Source of the DNA: an uncultured Gemmatimonadota bacterium
Lineage (GTDB): Bacteria; GCA-2686955
Assembly: GCA_964490075.1 (NCBI GenBank)
Contig: CAZBBK010000023.1
Location: 1 to 64,000 of the forward strand
Length of the DNA: 64,000 nucleotides
Reading direction: 5' to 3'
The first letter of the stretch is position 1, and each line of letters opens with the position of its first letter. Below are positions 1 to 8,701 of the stretch, in pieces. The notes below the pieces were generated by a model. It worked only from the letters and a program-made list of their open reading frames with translations, had not been told where the DNA came from and searched no databases. Position numbers and translations under genes: made by a program.

Positions 1-97
1 GCCGCCCCCCCGGCCGCGGCCGCGCCCCCCCCCCCCCGGCGGGGGCGCCCCCCCCGGGCACCTGTAGAATAACAGCCGCGTCAGGTGCCGGCAGGGC

Positions 98-1612
98 TCA
101 GGGGTTGCTGATCTCGATACTGAAAGTGGCGTAGGCCTTGATCGCCAGCGGATCGACGTCGCCGCTCGGTCCGAGAATCGTCTCGACCGCGTAGATTCCG
201 TTCGGGAGCCCGGGCAGGTCGAAGGTGACCCGGTGCACTCCCTGGTATCCGGGCGGGATCGCCAACCCGGTCGCCAGCTCGGCGCTGCCTTCGTAGCCCG
301 GGATCGCCGGACTCGTGCCCTGTACCCAGGCGTCGAAGCTCTGCTCCACGCCGCTGAGATTGCGCACCCGCAGATCCCATTCGATGGTGTCGGAGCCCCC
401 GGCGGTCTCGGGTGCGGAGACCACCTCGAGCGTCACCTTGGGATTGCGGCCCGGCTCATCGTAGGCGACCACCTTCGAGACATTCAGATTGTTGCCACCG
501 ACGCTGAATCCGCTCGACTCGTCGACCCACGACATGTGCAGTGGTCCGACGTTGCTTTCGAAGGGATCGACCTCCCAGCTCTCGCCGCCGTTGAAAGTGT
601 GCAGGAAGCGCAAGTCGGGATTGCCGAAGGGGGTCGATCCCCAGCCTACCACCCAGCCTTCACGGCGATTGAACATGTGGATGTCGGTGAGCGAGATCAG
701 CTCGGCCTCGAGGGGGTGCGGCTGCTTGGTCCAGGTCGAGCCGCCGTCGGTGGTGTGCATGATCCGGGTGCCGGTCGCCCCCTCGGCCACGAACCAGCCT
801 TCGTTGCGGTTCACGAACTCGATGTGGTTCGGGTAGTACTGATCGCTGGTGAAAAGCGTCTCGAAGGTCTTGCCGCCGTCGCTCGTGCCGCCGATCAGGC
901 AGCCGTAGTCGTTGGCTCGCTCTCCGGGACGGCTCGGCAGCTCGGCCGGCAGCGGCAGGGCGATGGGGAAGTGCTCGGTCGGCCGCCAGGTCATTCCTCC
1001 GGCCGCGACCGAGCTTTCGGGCCAGTGGCCGCCGCTCATCCAGCCGTGCTTGGCGTCGACGAAATGCACGAAGCGCGCCGCCTCCGGCTTCTTCCAGTCG
1101 TGGGCCTTCCAGCTCTGGCCGCCGTTGGTGGTGCGCAGCAAGCCCTCGTGCTCGCGCAGCAGGAACATCCAGAAGCCGCTGCTCCAGGCGTTGCTCTCGT
1201 CGAGCGCGAACATGTCCATCCAGGCGGCGATGCTGTAGCTCGTGACCTGCGCGTTCCAGGTGGCGCCGCCGTCGACCGATCCGGCCACGCTCTGGCGCCC
1301 GATCAGCGCCACCAGGCTGTTGGCCCAGCCCTTGTCGATGGTGGCGAAGTCGACGTCCAGCCAGTAGAAGTTGACCAGGTCGGTCGACTGGTAGATCCAG
1401 CTTCGTCCGCCGTCGTCGGAGCGCTTGATCACCGGCCCGACTCCGTCCAGCGCTCCTACGGTCCAGCCGCTCTCGTCGTTGACGAAGTCGATGCCCAGCA
1501 GCACGTCCATGTGGGTCGATCGCACCTCCCAGCCGGCCCGGGCGGTGGTGGCGGGGATGGCGAGCAGCAGGGCGCTGATCAGGGGCAGCGCGGCGGTCGA
1601 GTTGATTCGCAT
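98..1612 (-). CDS. Secreted YCF48/BNR-repeat beta-propeller protein with C-terminal Ig-like domain
   Basis: Signal peptide (..TTARA); repeated F-x4-GW and (S/T)xDGGxxW units (RSDDGGRSW, SVDGGATW, TTNGGQSW, TTDGGSTW, TFNGGESW); ~110 aa beta-rich tail. Confidence 0.8.
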   Translation of the reverse strand: MRINSTAALPLISALLLAIPATTARAGWEVRSTHMDVLLGIDFVNDESGWTVGALDGVGPVIKRSDDGGRSWIYQSTDLVNFYWLDVDFATIDKGWANSLVALIGRQSVAGSVDGGATWNAQVTSYSIAAWMDMFALDESNAWSSGFWMFLLREHEGLLRTTNGGQSWKAHDWKKPEAARFVHFVDAKHGWMSGGHWPESSVAAGGMTWRPTEHFPIALPLPAELPSRPGERANDYGCLIGGTSDGGKTFETLFTSDQYYPNHIEFVNRNEGWFVAEGATGTRIMHTTDGGSTWTKQPHPLEAELISLTDIHMFNRREGWVVGWGSTPFGNPDLRFLHTFNGGESWEVDPFESNVGPLHMSWVDESSGFSVGGNNLNVSKVVAYDEPGRNPKVTLEVVSAPETAGGSDTIEWDLRVRNLSGVEQSFDAWVQGTSPAIPGYEGSAELATGLAIPPGYQGVHRVTFDLPGLPNGIYAVETILGPSGDVDPLAIKAYATFSIEISNP

Positions 1613-1684
1613 GTCGCGGTCCTGGTTCGAGTCCGGTGATTCCCTCCGAATCCAGTGTATCTCAGAAGTGGCCGCGGTGCGCGA

Positions 1685-3388
1685 TCACGGGCCTTTGCTG
1701 AGCGCGACGCTCGAAGAATCGACCGGCGCGTCGGGGTAGGTCCCGGCATAGAGAATCAGCGTGTAGCTGCCGTTCGGAACCGACGCCGGCACCCGTCGCG
1801 CCAGGCGCGCACTGCCGACCGAGCGCAGCGGATCGAGCCACAGGCTGGTCTGCAGGAAGGGGCCGGCGGTCTCTCCCCCCTCGCGCCTGGCCATCAGCCA
1901 CAGGTCGACCGGTTGGCCGCTGCCCTGGTTGCTAACCACCGTGTAGTCGACGGCGATCTCGCCGCCGGCTCGCGGCAGGTCGAGCGGCAGATCGTGGCCG
2001 CGCAACCTCACCGAGAGCGGCGCCGACAGTTCCATCGAGTTGCCGAAGAGGTAGTTCGACGTGTCCCAGTTGGAGACGCCCAGATCGGGCTTGATGCTGT
2101 AGTAGTAGGCGATCTCCAGGCTCTGGGTCGGCGCCGCCGCCAGCGAGACCCAGCCGGCCGCCGGATCGGCGCAATACTCGTCGCGCTCGAGCAGACGGCC
2201 GTCGGCGCGCAGCGCCAGGATCTCGACGGCCGGCGTGTTGACCGGATAGAACACTTTTTTCGCGCCGTCCACGGCGAGCGCCTCGAATTCCACGTAGCGC
2301 ACCCCGTCGCCGTCGATGTCGCCGACGCTGATTTCTTCGACCACGCTCTCGAAGCTCGGGTCGCATTCCCAGGAGGGCTGCGCCGCGAAGATCCCACCGA
2401 TATTCTCGTAGATCGCCAGACGCGACCACCAGCGCCCGGTGGCCAGGTCGAGGTCGCCGTCGAAGTCGAGATCGCAGAGTGCGACCGCCGAGCCGTATCC
2501 GGGTGTCGCAGAGGTCCAGATCGGCGTGGTCTGCGGCGTGCCGCCTTGGTTCAGGTAGAGCTGAAAGTAGCCGTCGCCGCCGAGCTGGAAGTTGTTGGCG
2601 GTCGCCAGGTCCGGATAGCCGTCGTTGTTGACGTCGCCCCAGCAGAGTGTGTTGCCATCGTCAGAGTCCGCCGATTGCCAGGAGGGCGACGATTCGATCG
2701 AGCCGCCGTGGTTGCGGTGCAGCAGCACCGGGCCGTCGGCGGTGATGAACGACAGATCGAGATCGCCGTCGCGGTCGACGTCGACCCAGTAGATGTCGTA
2801 GCTCATGCGCGCGGTGGCCGACCGCCAGGAGGCCGTGGTTTCCAGTGCACCGCCGTCGTTGAAGAACACTCTGCTCTGCTCGTGCTGCGCGCCGTACTGC
2901 TCGCCGCAGGCGAAGCCCAGGTCGAGATCGCCGTCGCCGTCGGGATCGCCGAAGGCGCACGAGAAGGAGTGGAAGAGCTCGCCGCTGAGCCACGAGGGCG
3001 TGCTCTCCAGAAGGCCGGCCTGGTTGGAATAGAGCTGCGAGCGGGTGGCTCCCCAGCCGTCGGCGATGTAGTTGGCGACCGCGAGCTCCCGGAATCCGTC
3101 GGCGTCGATGTCGCCGAGCGCGCAGTGGCCGGAATAATCGGTGTCGCTCGATACCCAGGTCGCCGACGCGCTCAAGTCTCCGCCCTCGTTGTGCCAGGCG
3201 AAGCTAGCGGCGCGAATGATGTCGTTGCCGGCCGACGATACGAAGTCCTGGTCGCCGTCGCCGTCCAGGTCGACCAGCGCCGCGCCGGTGAAGTACTCGC
3301 TGGTCTCCTGGGAGATCCAGATCGGCTCCGCGGCGATCGGCAGTGTGCAAAGCGCGGAGATCAGTGGTGGCAGTACGGAGGCGAGCAT
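1685..3388 (-). CDS. Secreted FG-GAP/VCBS-repeat protein with C-terminal Ig-like domain
   Basis: Signal peptide; about 7 repeats of DxDGDGDxD (DLDGDGDQD, DPDGDGDLD, DVNNDGYPD, DLDFDGDLD). Confidence 0.85.
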   Translation of the reverse strand: MLASVLPPLISALCTLPIAAEPIWISQETSEYFTGAALVDLDGDGDQDFVSSAGNDIIRAASFAWHNEGGDLSASATWVSSDTDYSGHCALGDIDADGFRELAVANYIADGWGATRSQLYSNQAGLLESTPSWLSGELFHSFSCAFGDPDGDGDLDLGFACGEQYGAQHEQSRVFFNDGGALETTASWRSATARMSYDIYWVDVDRDGDLDLSFITADGPVLLHRNHGGSIESSPSWQSADSDDGNTLCWGDVNNDGYPDLATANNFQLGGDGYFQLYLNQGGTPQTTPIWTSATPGYGSAVALCDLDFDGDLDLATGRWWSRLAIYENIGGIFAAQPSWECDPSFESVVEEISVGDIDGDGVRYVEFEALAVDGAKKVFYPVNTPAVEILALRADGRLLERDEYCADPAAGWVSLAAAPTQSLEIAYYYSIKPDLGVSNWDTSNYLFGNSMELSAPLSVRLRGHDLPLDLPRAGGEIAVDYTVVSNQGSGQPVDLWLMARREGGETAGPFLQTSLWLDPLRSVGSARLARRVPASVPNGSYTLILYAGTYPDAPVDSSSVALSKGP

Positions 3389-3670
3389 CGCGGATCCTTG
3401 GTGGCCGGGTGGCGGGTTTCTGGGAAGAAGAGTAAACGCGGTCCGAGAAGGAGGATGAGAGTCAATCGACGGTGCGCGAGAGAGTGGGCGCGAATCCGTC
3501 CCTGGAGGACGCCCCGCAAGCGCGCCAAGGGGCGGCTAGACGGTGCAATCGACTGCCAGAGAGTCGCTTGAGCGATTCCCCGGTGGTCGCCTCGGTGAGT
3601 TCTCCGGTTCTGGTCCGGATCTTGTTGCACTGGAAACGAGATGCCCACCACACTTACAGGAGCTACGAAC

Positions 3671-5763
3671 ATGGCAACCAGTGCACGCACCGAATCAAGG
3701 CACCAGCCGAGTACAAAGAGACCGCCCGCACGAGCAAGGCGGCTCGCCCGGATCCTAGGACTCGGCGGACTCGCGGCGGCCATTGCCCCCACCGCCGCGC
3801 TCTCCATCACCGATCTGCCCGGCCCCGATCCTCAGGACTACGCCCACTACCAGGGCAGCTACAACTTGCGCGGCGCCTTTGGGAACGCTACAGTGGGAGA
3901 TCTGCGCTATCTGATCAGCTACCATTGGATGACTTACTACAAGATGAATCGTGTCGAGATTACCGAGCTCCATCAAGGACAGCCTCGGTCGACCTACGGC
4001 ATCGACATGTCGTCCGTCGGTTATTGGTACTACGGCGCCGACCAGGTGACAGCGGTCACGGGGTCCGATGACTCCCATGTGACGCGTTTCGACTACGAGG
4101 AGCTGATTCGCCACTTATTGGGTCGCCAAGACGCTGATGCGGATAGTGCGCACTTCCAACGCTTGGTCGGGATCGAACACCCCGAACGAGCAATCGAGAG
4201 CTTCGACTACGTCGAGCTGGTCGAGGATCCCGACTTCGTCTACAGCCTGGTCGCAGGACAGTAGGCGTTTCTCTCCGAGGACTACTTCCTCCACGGTCGA
4301 GACCCCTTCTCCGGCGCCATGCTCCAGACCCGCTCGGTCTACCTGGACCAAGAGGTCAGCGACAGTCTTCTCTACCGCGTCGACTATGCATACGAGAGTG
4401 ATGGGTCCCCTTCAACGCACGAGACGGCGACTTGGTTCGCACAGACCGAAACCCTGACACCCGGTCCCGCCAGTCGTGGAGGGACGCTCGGCAACGTTCG
4501 GACCACGGAATCTCGCCTCCACCCCTTCGACCCCTGGGATGTGATCTACGACGGGGAAACGCCTCCCGGTGAGGGGGCGCCCCTCCGGGCTCAGGATGAA
4601 GGGTATCAGTTGAAGTTGGAGAGTCGCTCGGTCGACGGCCCCGGGATCACCGAGCACTCGTTCGGTTGCGAGTACCAGATGGATGAGGAGAGCCCTGATT
4701 ACCTGTTGCTCCCGCGAAAGGTCGCCGAGGATCCGGATCTGCATTCCACGACATACGCTTACGAGCGTTCGTCACTGGCCGACGATCCCGATGGGATCAA
4801 TCTGCGGGCGATCCACCGGGTGGTCGAGTGCGAGGAACCCCATCGAGCGCCGCAAGATCAGGTGACACCGTTTCACTGCGACCTCCGGAACCACCAGATC
4901 TGGATCCGCTCTGCGGAAGGCAAGGAGATCTGGCGCGACTTCGACGCCATGGGGCGCCTGGAATCGGAAACGACGCCTACGGCCACCGGATCGAGAAGAC
5001 GGTGCGGGAATGGCAGCTGGTCGTCGATAGGCCCGGCGATGAAGGCGGTCTGGTGAGGCGCGTGCAGGCTTCCGGGAGCTACGGCTCTCGGAGCACCTAC
5101 TATCTGCGCCTGGGCGCCACCTTGCTGGCGAACTACGACGAGGAGCTGGAACCGACCCGGCGCTTCATTCACGGCTTGGGCGGCACCATCGCGGTCGAAG
5201 AAGTGGAGCCGACCGAGTATGCGACACGTTTTCTGGCAAAGGACCGCCTGGGTTCCGTGCGCCTGATCGTCGACGCCGAGGGCACACCCCTGGAAGCGAC
5301 CACTTACTGGGGCTACGGCGAAGTCTACGATGCGCTCGGTGAAGCCGTCTCCGGCGACTTCTTGCGCTACACCGGGCAGGAGCTGGACGTGGAGCTGGGT
5401 TACCAGGAGCACGGTGTGCGGCTCTACGATCCGGAGCTTGGCCGGTGGCTGCAGCCGGAGCCGCTGCGGGCGCTCTTTCCCGGAGTGTCGCTCTATGCCT
5501 ATGCTCTTGGGAATCCGTTGTTCTAGGTGGATCCGGATGGGAGAATTGCCGGCGTTAGCGCGATAGCATTGGGCATCGGCGCGGGGCTTCTGACCAGCGT
5601 CGTGGCTCCTATAGTGGTCGAAGAGTACAAACTGAATCGAGACGCAATTCACGAAGAAGTCAAGGAGGCTTGGAACGGTATTCGTAAAGCCCTGAGCAAC
5701 GAAGATCCCGGTGATCAACCGGTAGAGACATCGCTCAATCCCGGGCCAGGGGTCTGGGTCTGA
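3671..5763 (+). pseudogene. Degenerate Rhs/YD-repeat protein (Rhs-associated core plus short C-terminal tip)
   Basis: RBS CAGGAG then ATG 3671; in-frame TAG at 4262-4264; frameshift near 4970 (FDAMGRLESET switching to DAYGHRIEK); core motifs DRLGSVR, YWGYGE, RYTGQELD, RLYDPELGRWLQPEP, YAYALGNPLF*VDPDG with TAG at 5524-5526. Confidence 0.8.
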
Positions 5764-5952
5764 CCCTGGGCTCCCTGGACGTTGTCTTTGGCAGATGACA
5801 GAGATGCTCTATGCCGCGGCCGCTGCAGCTGTGATGACCGGTCTGATCATCGCCATGTCCGTTGGCCAAGACCGGCTCGAGCAGACGCTCCGTTCGGTGA
5901 GCCCTGTTGCCCTGGGTGATCAGCATTCACATTGTGGTGTTGGCCGTCACGA

Positions 5953-6351
5953 TCACCAGACCGGCAACGCAGAGAGGGAGTAGGCTCGGAACTGCCAGCT
6001 CCGGACCAACCAGGCCGATCCCCACAGAAACACTGCCGCCAAGTAGCCGTAGGTCAAAGCCCCCGCGCTCTCCGCATTGTGAGTGCACAGGACCAGCGCC
6101 GCGGAGCGCGTGAGGCCCGCCGAGACGATTGCGACCACCAGGGCCCGCGCCAGCCGCTCGGCCCGAGCTCGGGCCCGCGGCGACGCCGTGATCGTCAGTT
6201 ACTGGGCGACGGCCATCATGCTGAGCCGCGTGTAGCGCCCTTGGAGATCCTCGAAGATCTCCTTCTTGGTCTCACCCGCCTCCACTCGACGCTCGATCTC
6301 CTCGCGCATCTTGGCGTGGTGGGACTCGCTGATCAGCCGTCTCTTCGTCAT
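5953..6351 (-). pseudogene. Probable disrupted small membrane protein
   Basis: ATG 6351 (MTKRRLISE...), in-frame TAA at 6199-6201, then the same frame continues with hydrophobic segments (ALVVAIVSAGL, YGYLAAVFLWGSAWLV). Confidence 0.35.
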
Positions 6352-6525
6352 GGTTGCTCTTTTCCGAGGACTGCGCTGATGATCGGGACGGAGGCGATTG
6401 GTTCGTTCAGCGCAAGCGCCGGATCCCCATCGTCGGACCCGACTCCCCCATCCCACCAGGTACGGTTCTCGGGTCCGCCGTGGACGCAGATGTCGGCGTG
6501 CACGCCGCAGTACCTGATCACGCCC

Positions 6526-7953
6526 TCACCACCACCCCGGCCCGCCCCCCCCAACCCAGCTCCGCGCCGCGTCGAGCAACGCATCGCGGTCGTTGGGCAA
6601 ACGTCCGTCGATCACCTCGGCCAGCAGCCGGCGCTGGGTGCGCCCCACGGCCGGACCCTTGAGACCGAGCAGACGCACCAGGTCGCCGCCGCGCAGCGCC
6701 AGGTCGTGGGTCGAGAGCGGCAGGTCCCGGGCCAGCTCGCTCAGGCGCGCCTCGAGGGCGTCGATGGCCGCGTCCTCCTGGCCGCCGGCGTGGGCGGCGC
6801 GGTCGGCGCGGTGCAGGAGCAGCAGGCGCCGCATGCGCAGCGGATCGCCGATGCGGGTCAGGAAGCGGCGCAGGGCGCGCGGCGAGGCGTCGGCGCGCAG
6901 GTAGACCAGGTGGTGGCGGATCAGCGCGACCACCTCGCGCACTCCGTCGCGCGGCAGCAGCTCGGCCGAGGAGAGGCGCAGCCGCGTCAAGGCGCGCTCG
7001 GCGACTTCGGCGCCGAGCTTCTCGTGGCCGTGAAAGTGGCCGGTGATGCGCCCGTGGAGATCGGGCGATTCGCTGAAGCAGGCCGGCTTGGCGACGTCGT
7101 GGAAGAGCGCCGCCAGCCGCACCACCAGGTCGCCCCCGCGGGCCGCCGCCTCGTCGATGGTGAGCAGGCTGTGCTCGTCGACCGGCAGGTGGTGGTGCGG
7201 GCTGCGCTGGTCGAAGCCGACCATCGGCGCGAGCTCGGGCAGCAGCCGGGTCAGCGCGTCGAGCCCGAAGAGCAGGCGCAGACCCGGCGAAGGTTGCGGC
7301 GAGAGGGCCAGCAGCTTGGCCAGCTCCTGCGCCACCCGCTCCGGGGCCAGAGTGTCGAGCAGGGGGGCGGCGGTGGCCATGGCGGCGCGCGTGGTGGAGT
7401 CGACGTCGAGCTGGAAGCGCGAGACGAAAGCAGCGCCGCGCAGGATTCGCAGCGGATCCTCGCGCAGCCGGGCGGCCGGATCGCCGCACGCGCGCAGCAG
7501 CCGGGCGTCGAGATCGCGGCGGCCGCCGAGCGGATCGACGCGGCGACCGCCGGACAGCTCGACGGCGATCGCGTTGATGGTGAAGTCACGGCGCTCGAGA
7601 TCGTCCTCGATGGCGAGGCCCGGGTCGGACTGGACCGTGAAGTCGCGGTGCCCCGGCCCGGTGGAGTGATCGCGGCGCGGCAGCGCCACGTCGGCCCTCG
7701 CCCCACCGCGGCCGCGCCACTTGAACACCGCGAAGCTCGCGCCGACCTCGTCGACCCTCCCGTGGCGCGCCAGCAGACGCCGCAGCGACTCGCGCCCGAC
7801 GCCGCACACCACCAGGTCGAGGTCGCCCGCCGGCAGGCCCAGCAGATGGTCGCGCACCGCGCCGCCCACCGCGTAGCCGCGCCCGCCGATCTCGAGCAGG
7901 TCGTCGAGCCAGGGCAGCCGCGCCCAGGCGGGGAGGGGCGCGGCCGGGCTCAT
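6526..7953 (-). CDS. cca: Class II tRNA nucleotidyltransferase (CCA-adding / polyA polymerase family) with HD domain
   Basis: Motifs VGGAVRD..DLDL, RRDFTINA, EDPLR, ERVAQEL; HD region EH...LFHDVAKP...FHGHE; ATG 7953 overlaps the upstream TGA. Confidence 0.88.
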   Translation of the reverse strand: MSPAAPLPAWARLPWLDDLLEIGGRGYAVGGAVRDHLLGLPAGDLDLVVCGVGRESLRRLLARHGRVDEVGASFAVFKWRGRGGARADVALPRRDHSTGPGHRDFTVQSDPGLAIEDDLERRDFTINAIAVELSGGRRVDPLGGRRDLDARLLRACGDPAARLREDPLRILRGAAFVSRFQLDVDSTTRAAMATAAPLLDTLAPERVAQELAKLLALSPQPSPGLRLLFGLDALTRLLPELAPMVGFDQRSPHHHLPVDEHSLLTIDEAAARGGDLVVRLAALFHDVAKPACFSESPDLHGRITGHFHGHEKLGAEVAERALTRLRLSSAELLPRDGVREVVALIRHHLVYLRADASPRALRRFLTRIGDPLRMRRLLLLHRADRAAHAGGQEDAAIDALEARLSELARDLPLSTHDLALRGGDLVRLLGLKGPAVGRTQRRLLAEVIDGRLPNDRDALLDAARSWVGGGGPGWW

Positions 7954-8513
7954 TCGTTCCCGAAGACGAGCCCCTTCACCAGCGGCTCGTAGGTCATGAA
8001 GTCGGCGTGGTGCACCACGTAAGCCTCGGGGCTGCGCTTCACCAGATTGCCCTCGCCGGCGTGGGTGGCGATGATGTGGCAGACCGCGTCGGGCACCCCG
8101 CATTCCTGGGCCAGGCCGACGCCGGTGAAGGGGTGGCGCAGATACTGCCCGCGCCGCGACTGGCGCAGCTCGCCGCCGCCGCCCTGCTCGTACTCCAGCA
8201 GCTTGCCGACGTCGGCCAGAATCGCGCCGGCGATCAGCGTGTCGCGATCGATCGGCATCGCGTCGCCCATGAACTCCTCGATCTTGACCGCGCTCATCCG
8301 CGCCAGCTGAACCACCAGGCGCTTGTGGTCCATGAAGCTGACGCGGCAGTCCGGCACGTGCAGCGTGAAGGGGATCTCCAGCAGGTCGGCCGGCTCCAGC
8401 GGGCTGCGTTCGAAAGCCAGCCGCCAGGTGGCCAGGGTCTGGGCGCGCAGCGTCTCGTTCTCGATCCACTCCAGCTCGGGCCAAATCTCCAGGATTGCTT
8501 GATCGGTCGCCAT
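7950..8513 (-). CDS. HD-domain (HDIG-like) metal-dependent phosphohydrolase
   Basis: FMDH...GAILADVGK (A in place of the usual H)...LRHPFTG...HIIATH...VHHAD. Confidence 0.8.
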   Translation of the reverse strand: MATDQAILEIWPELEWIENETLRAQTLATWRLAFERSPLEPADLLEIPFTLHVPDCRVSFMDHKRLVVQLARMSAVKIEEFMGDAMPIDRDTLIAGAILADVGKLLEYEQGGGGELRQSRRGQYLRHPFTGVGLAQECGVPDAVCHIIATHAGEGNLVKRSPEAYVVHHADFMTYEPLVKGLVFGNE

Positions 8514-8602
8514 GGTTGCCTCTCGGGAATTCGGTTGAACGGTGCGGCCCCGATGCTACCCGAAGTCCGCCTCCGACGATTCCGATCTGTAATAGACTGC
8601 GC

Positions 8603-8640
8603 CCGCTGTTCCGACAGCGGCTGCTGTTCCGACAGCGGCT
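8603..8640. repeat. Tandem 18-bp palindromic repeat (GCTGTTCCGACAGCGGCT x2)
   Basis: Two exact copies at 8605-8622 and 8623-8640; each contains the inverted repeat GCTGT-TCCG-ACAGC; lies in a divergent intergenic region. Confidence 0.75.
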
Positions 8641-8701
8641 GCTGCGCCTCATCCCTCCCCGTCTCGACCTCCGATCCCCGACCCACTTCGCGAGCCCGAT
8701 C

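Noticed and set aside
1-58. Near-pure G/C homopolymer runs at the window start
   Set aside because: Low complexity at the sequence edge; likely a sequencing or assembly artefact
3671-5763. TAG recoding or pyrrolysine readthrough of the Rhs stops
   Set aside because: TAG ends several intact genes (RES toxin, mod, elp3, last sulfatase), no pyl genes are seen, and the locus also has a frameshift
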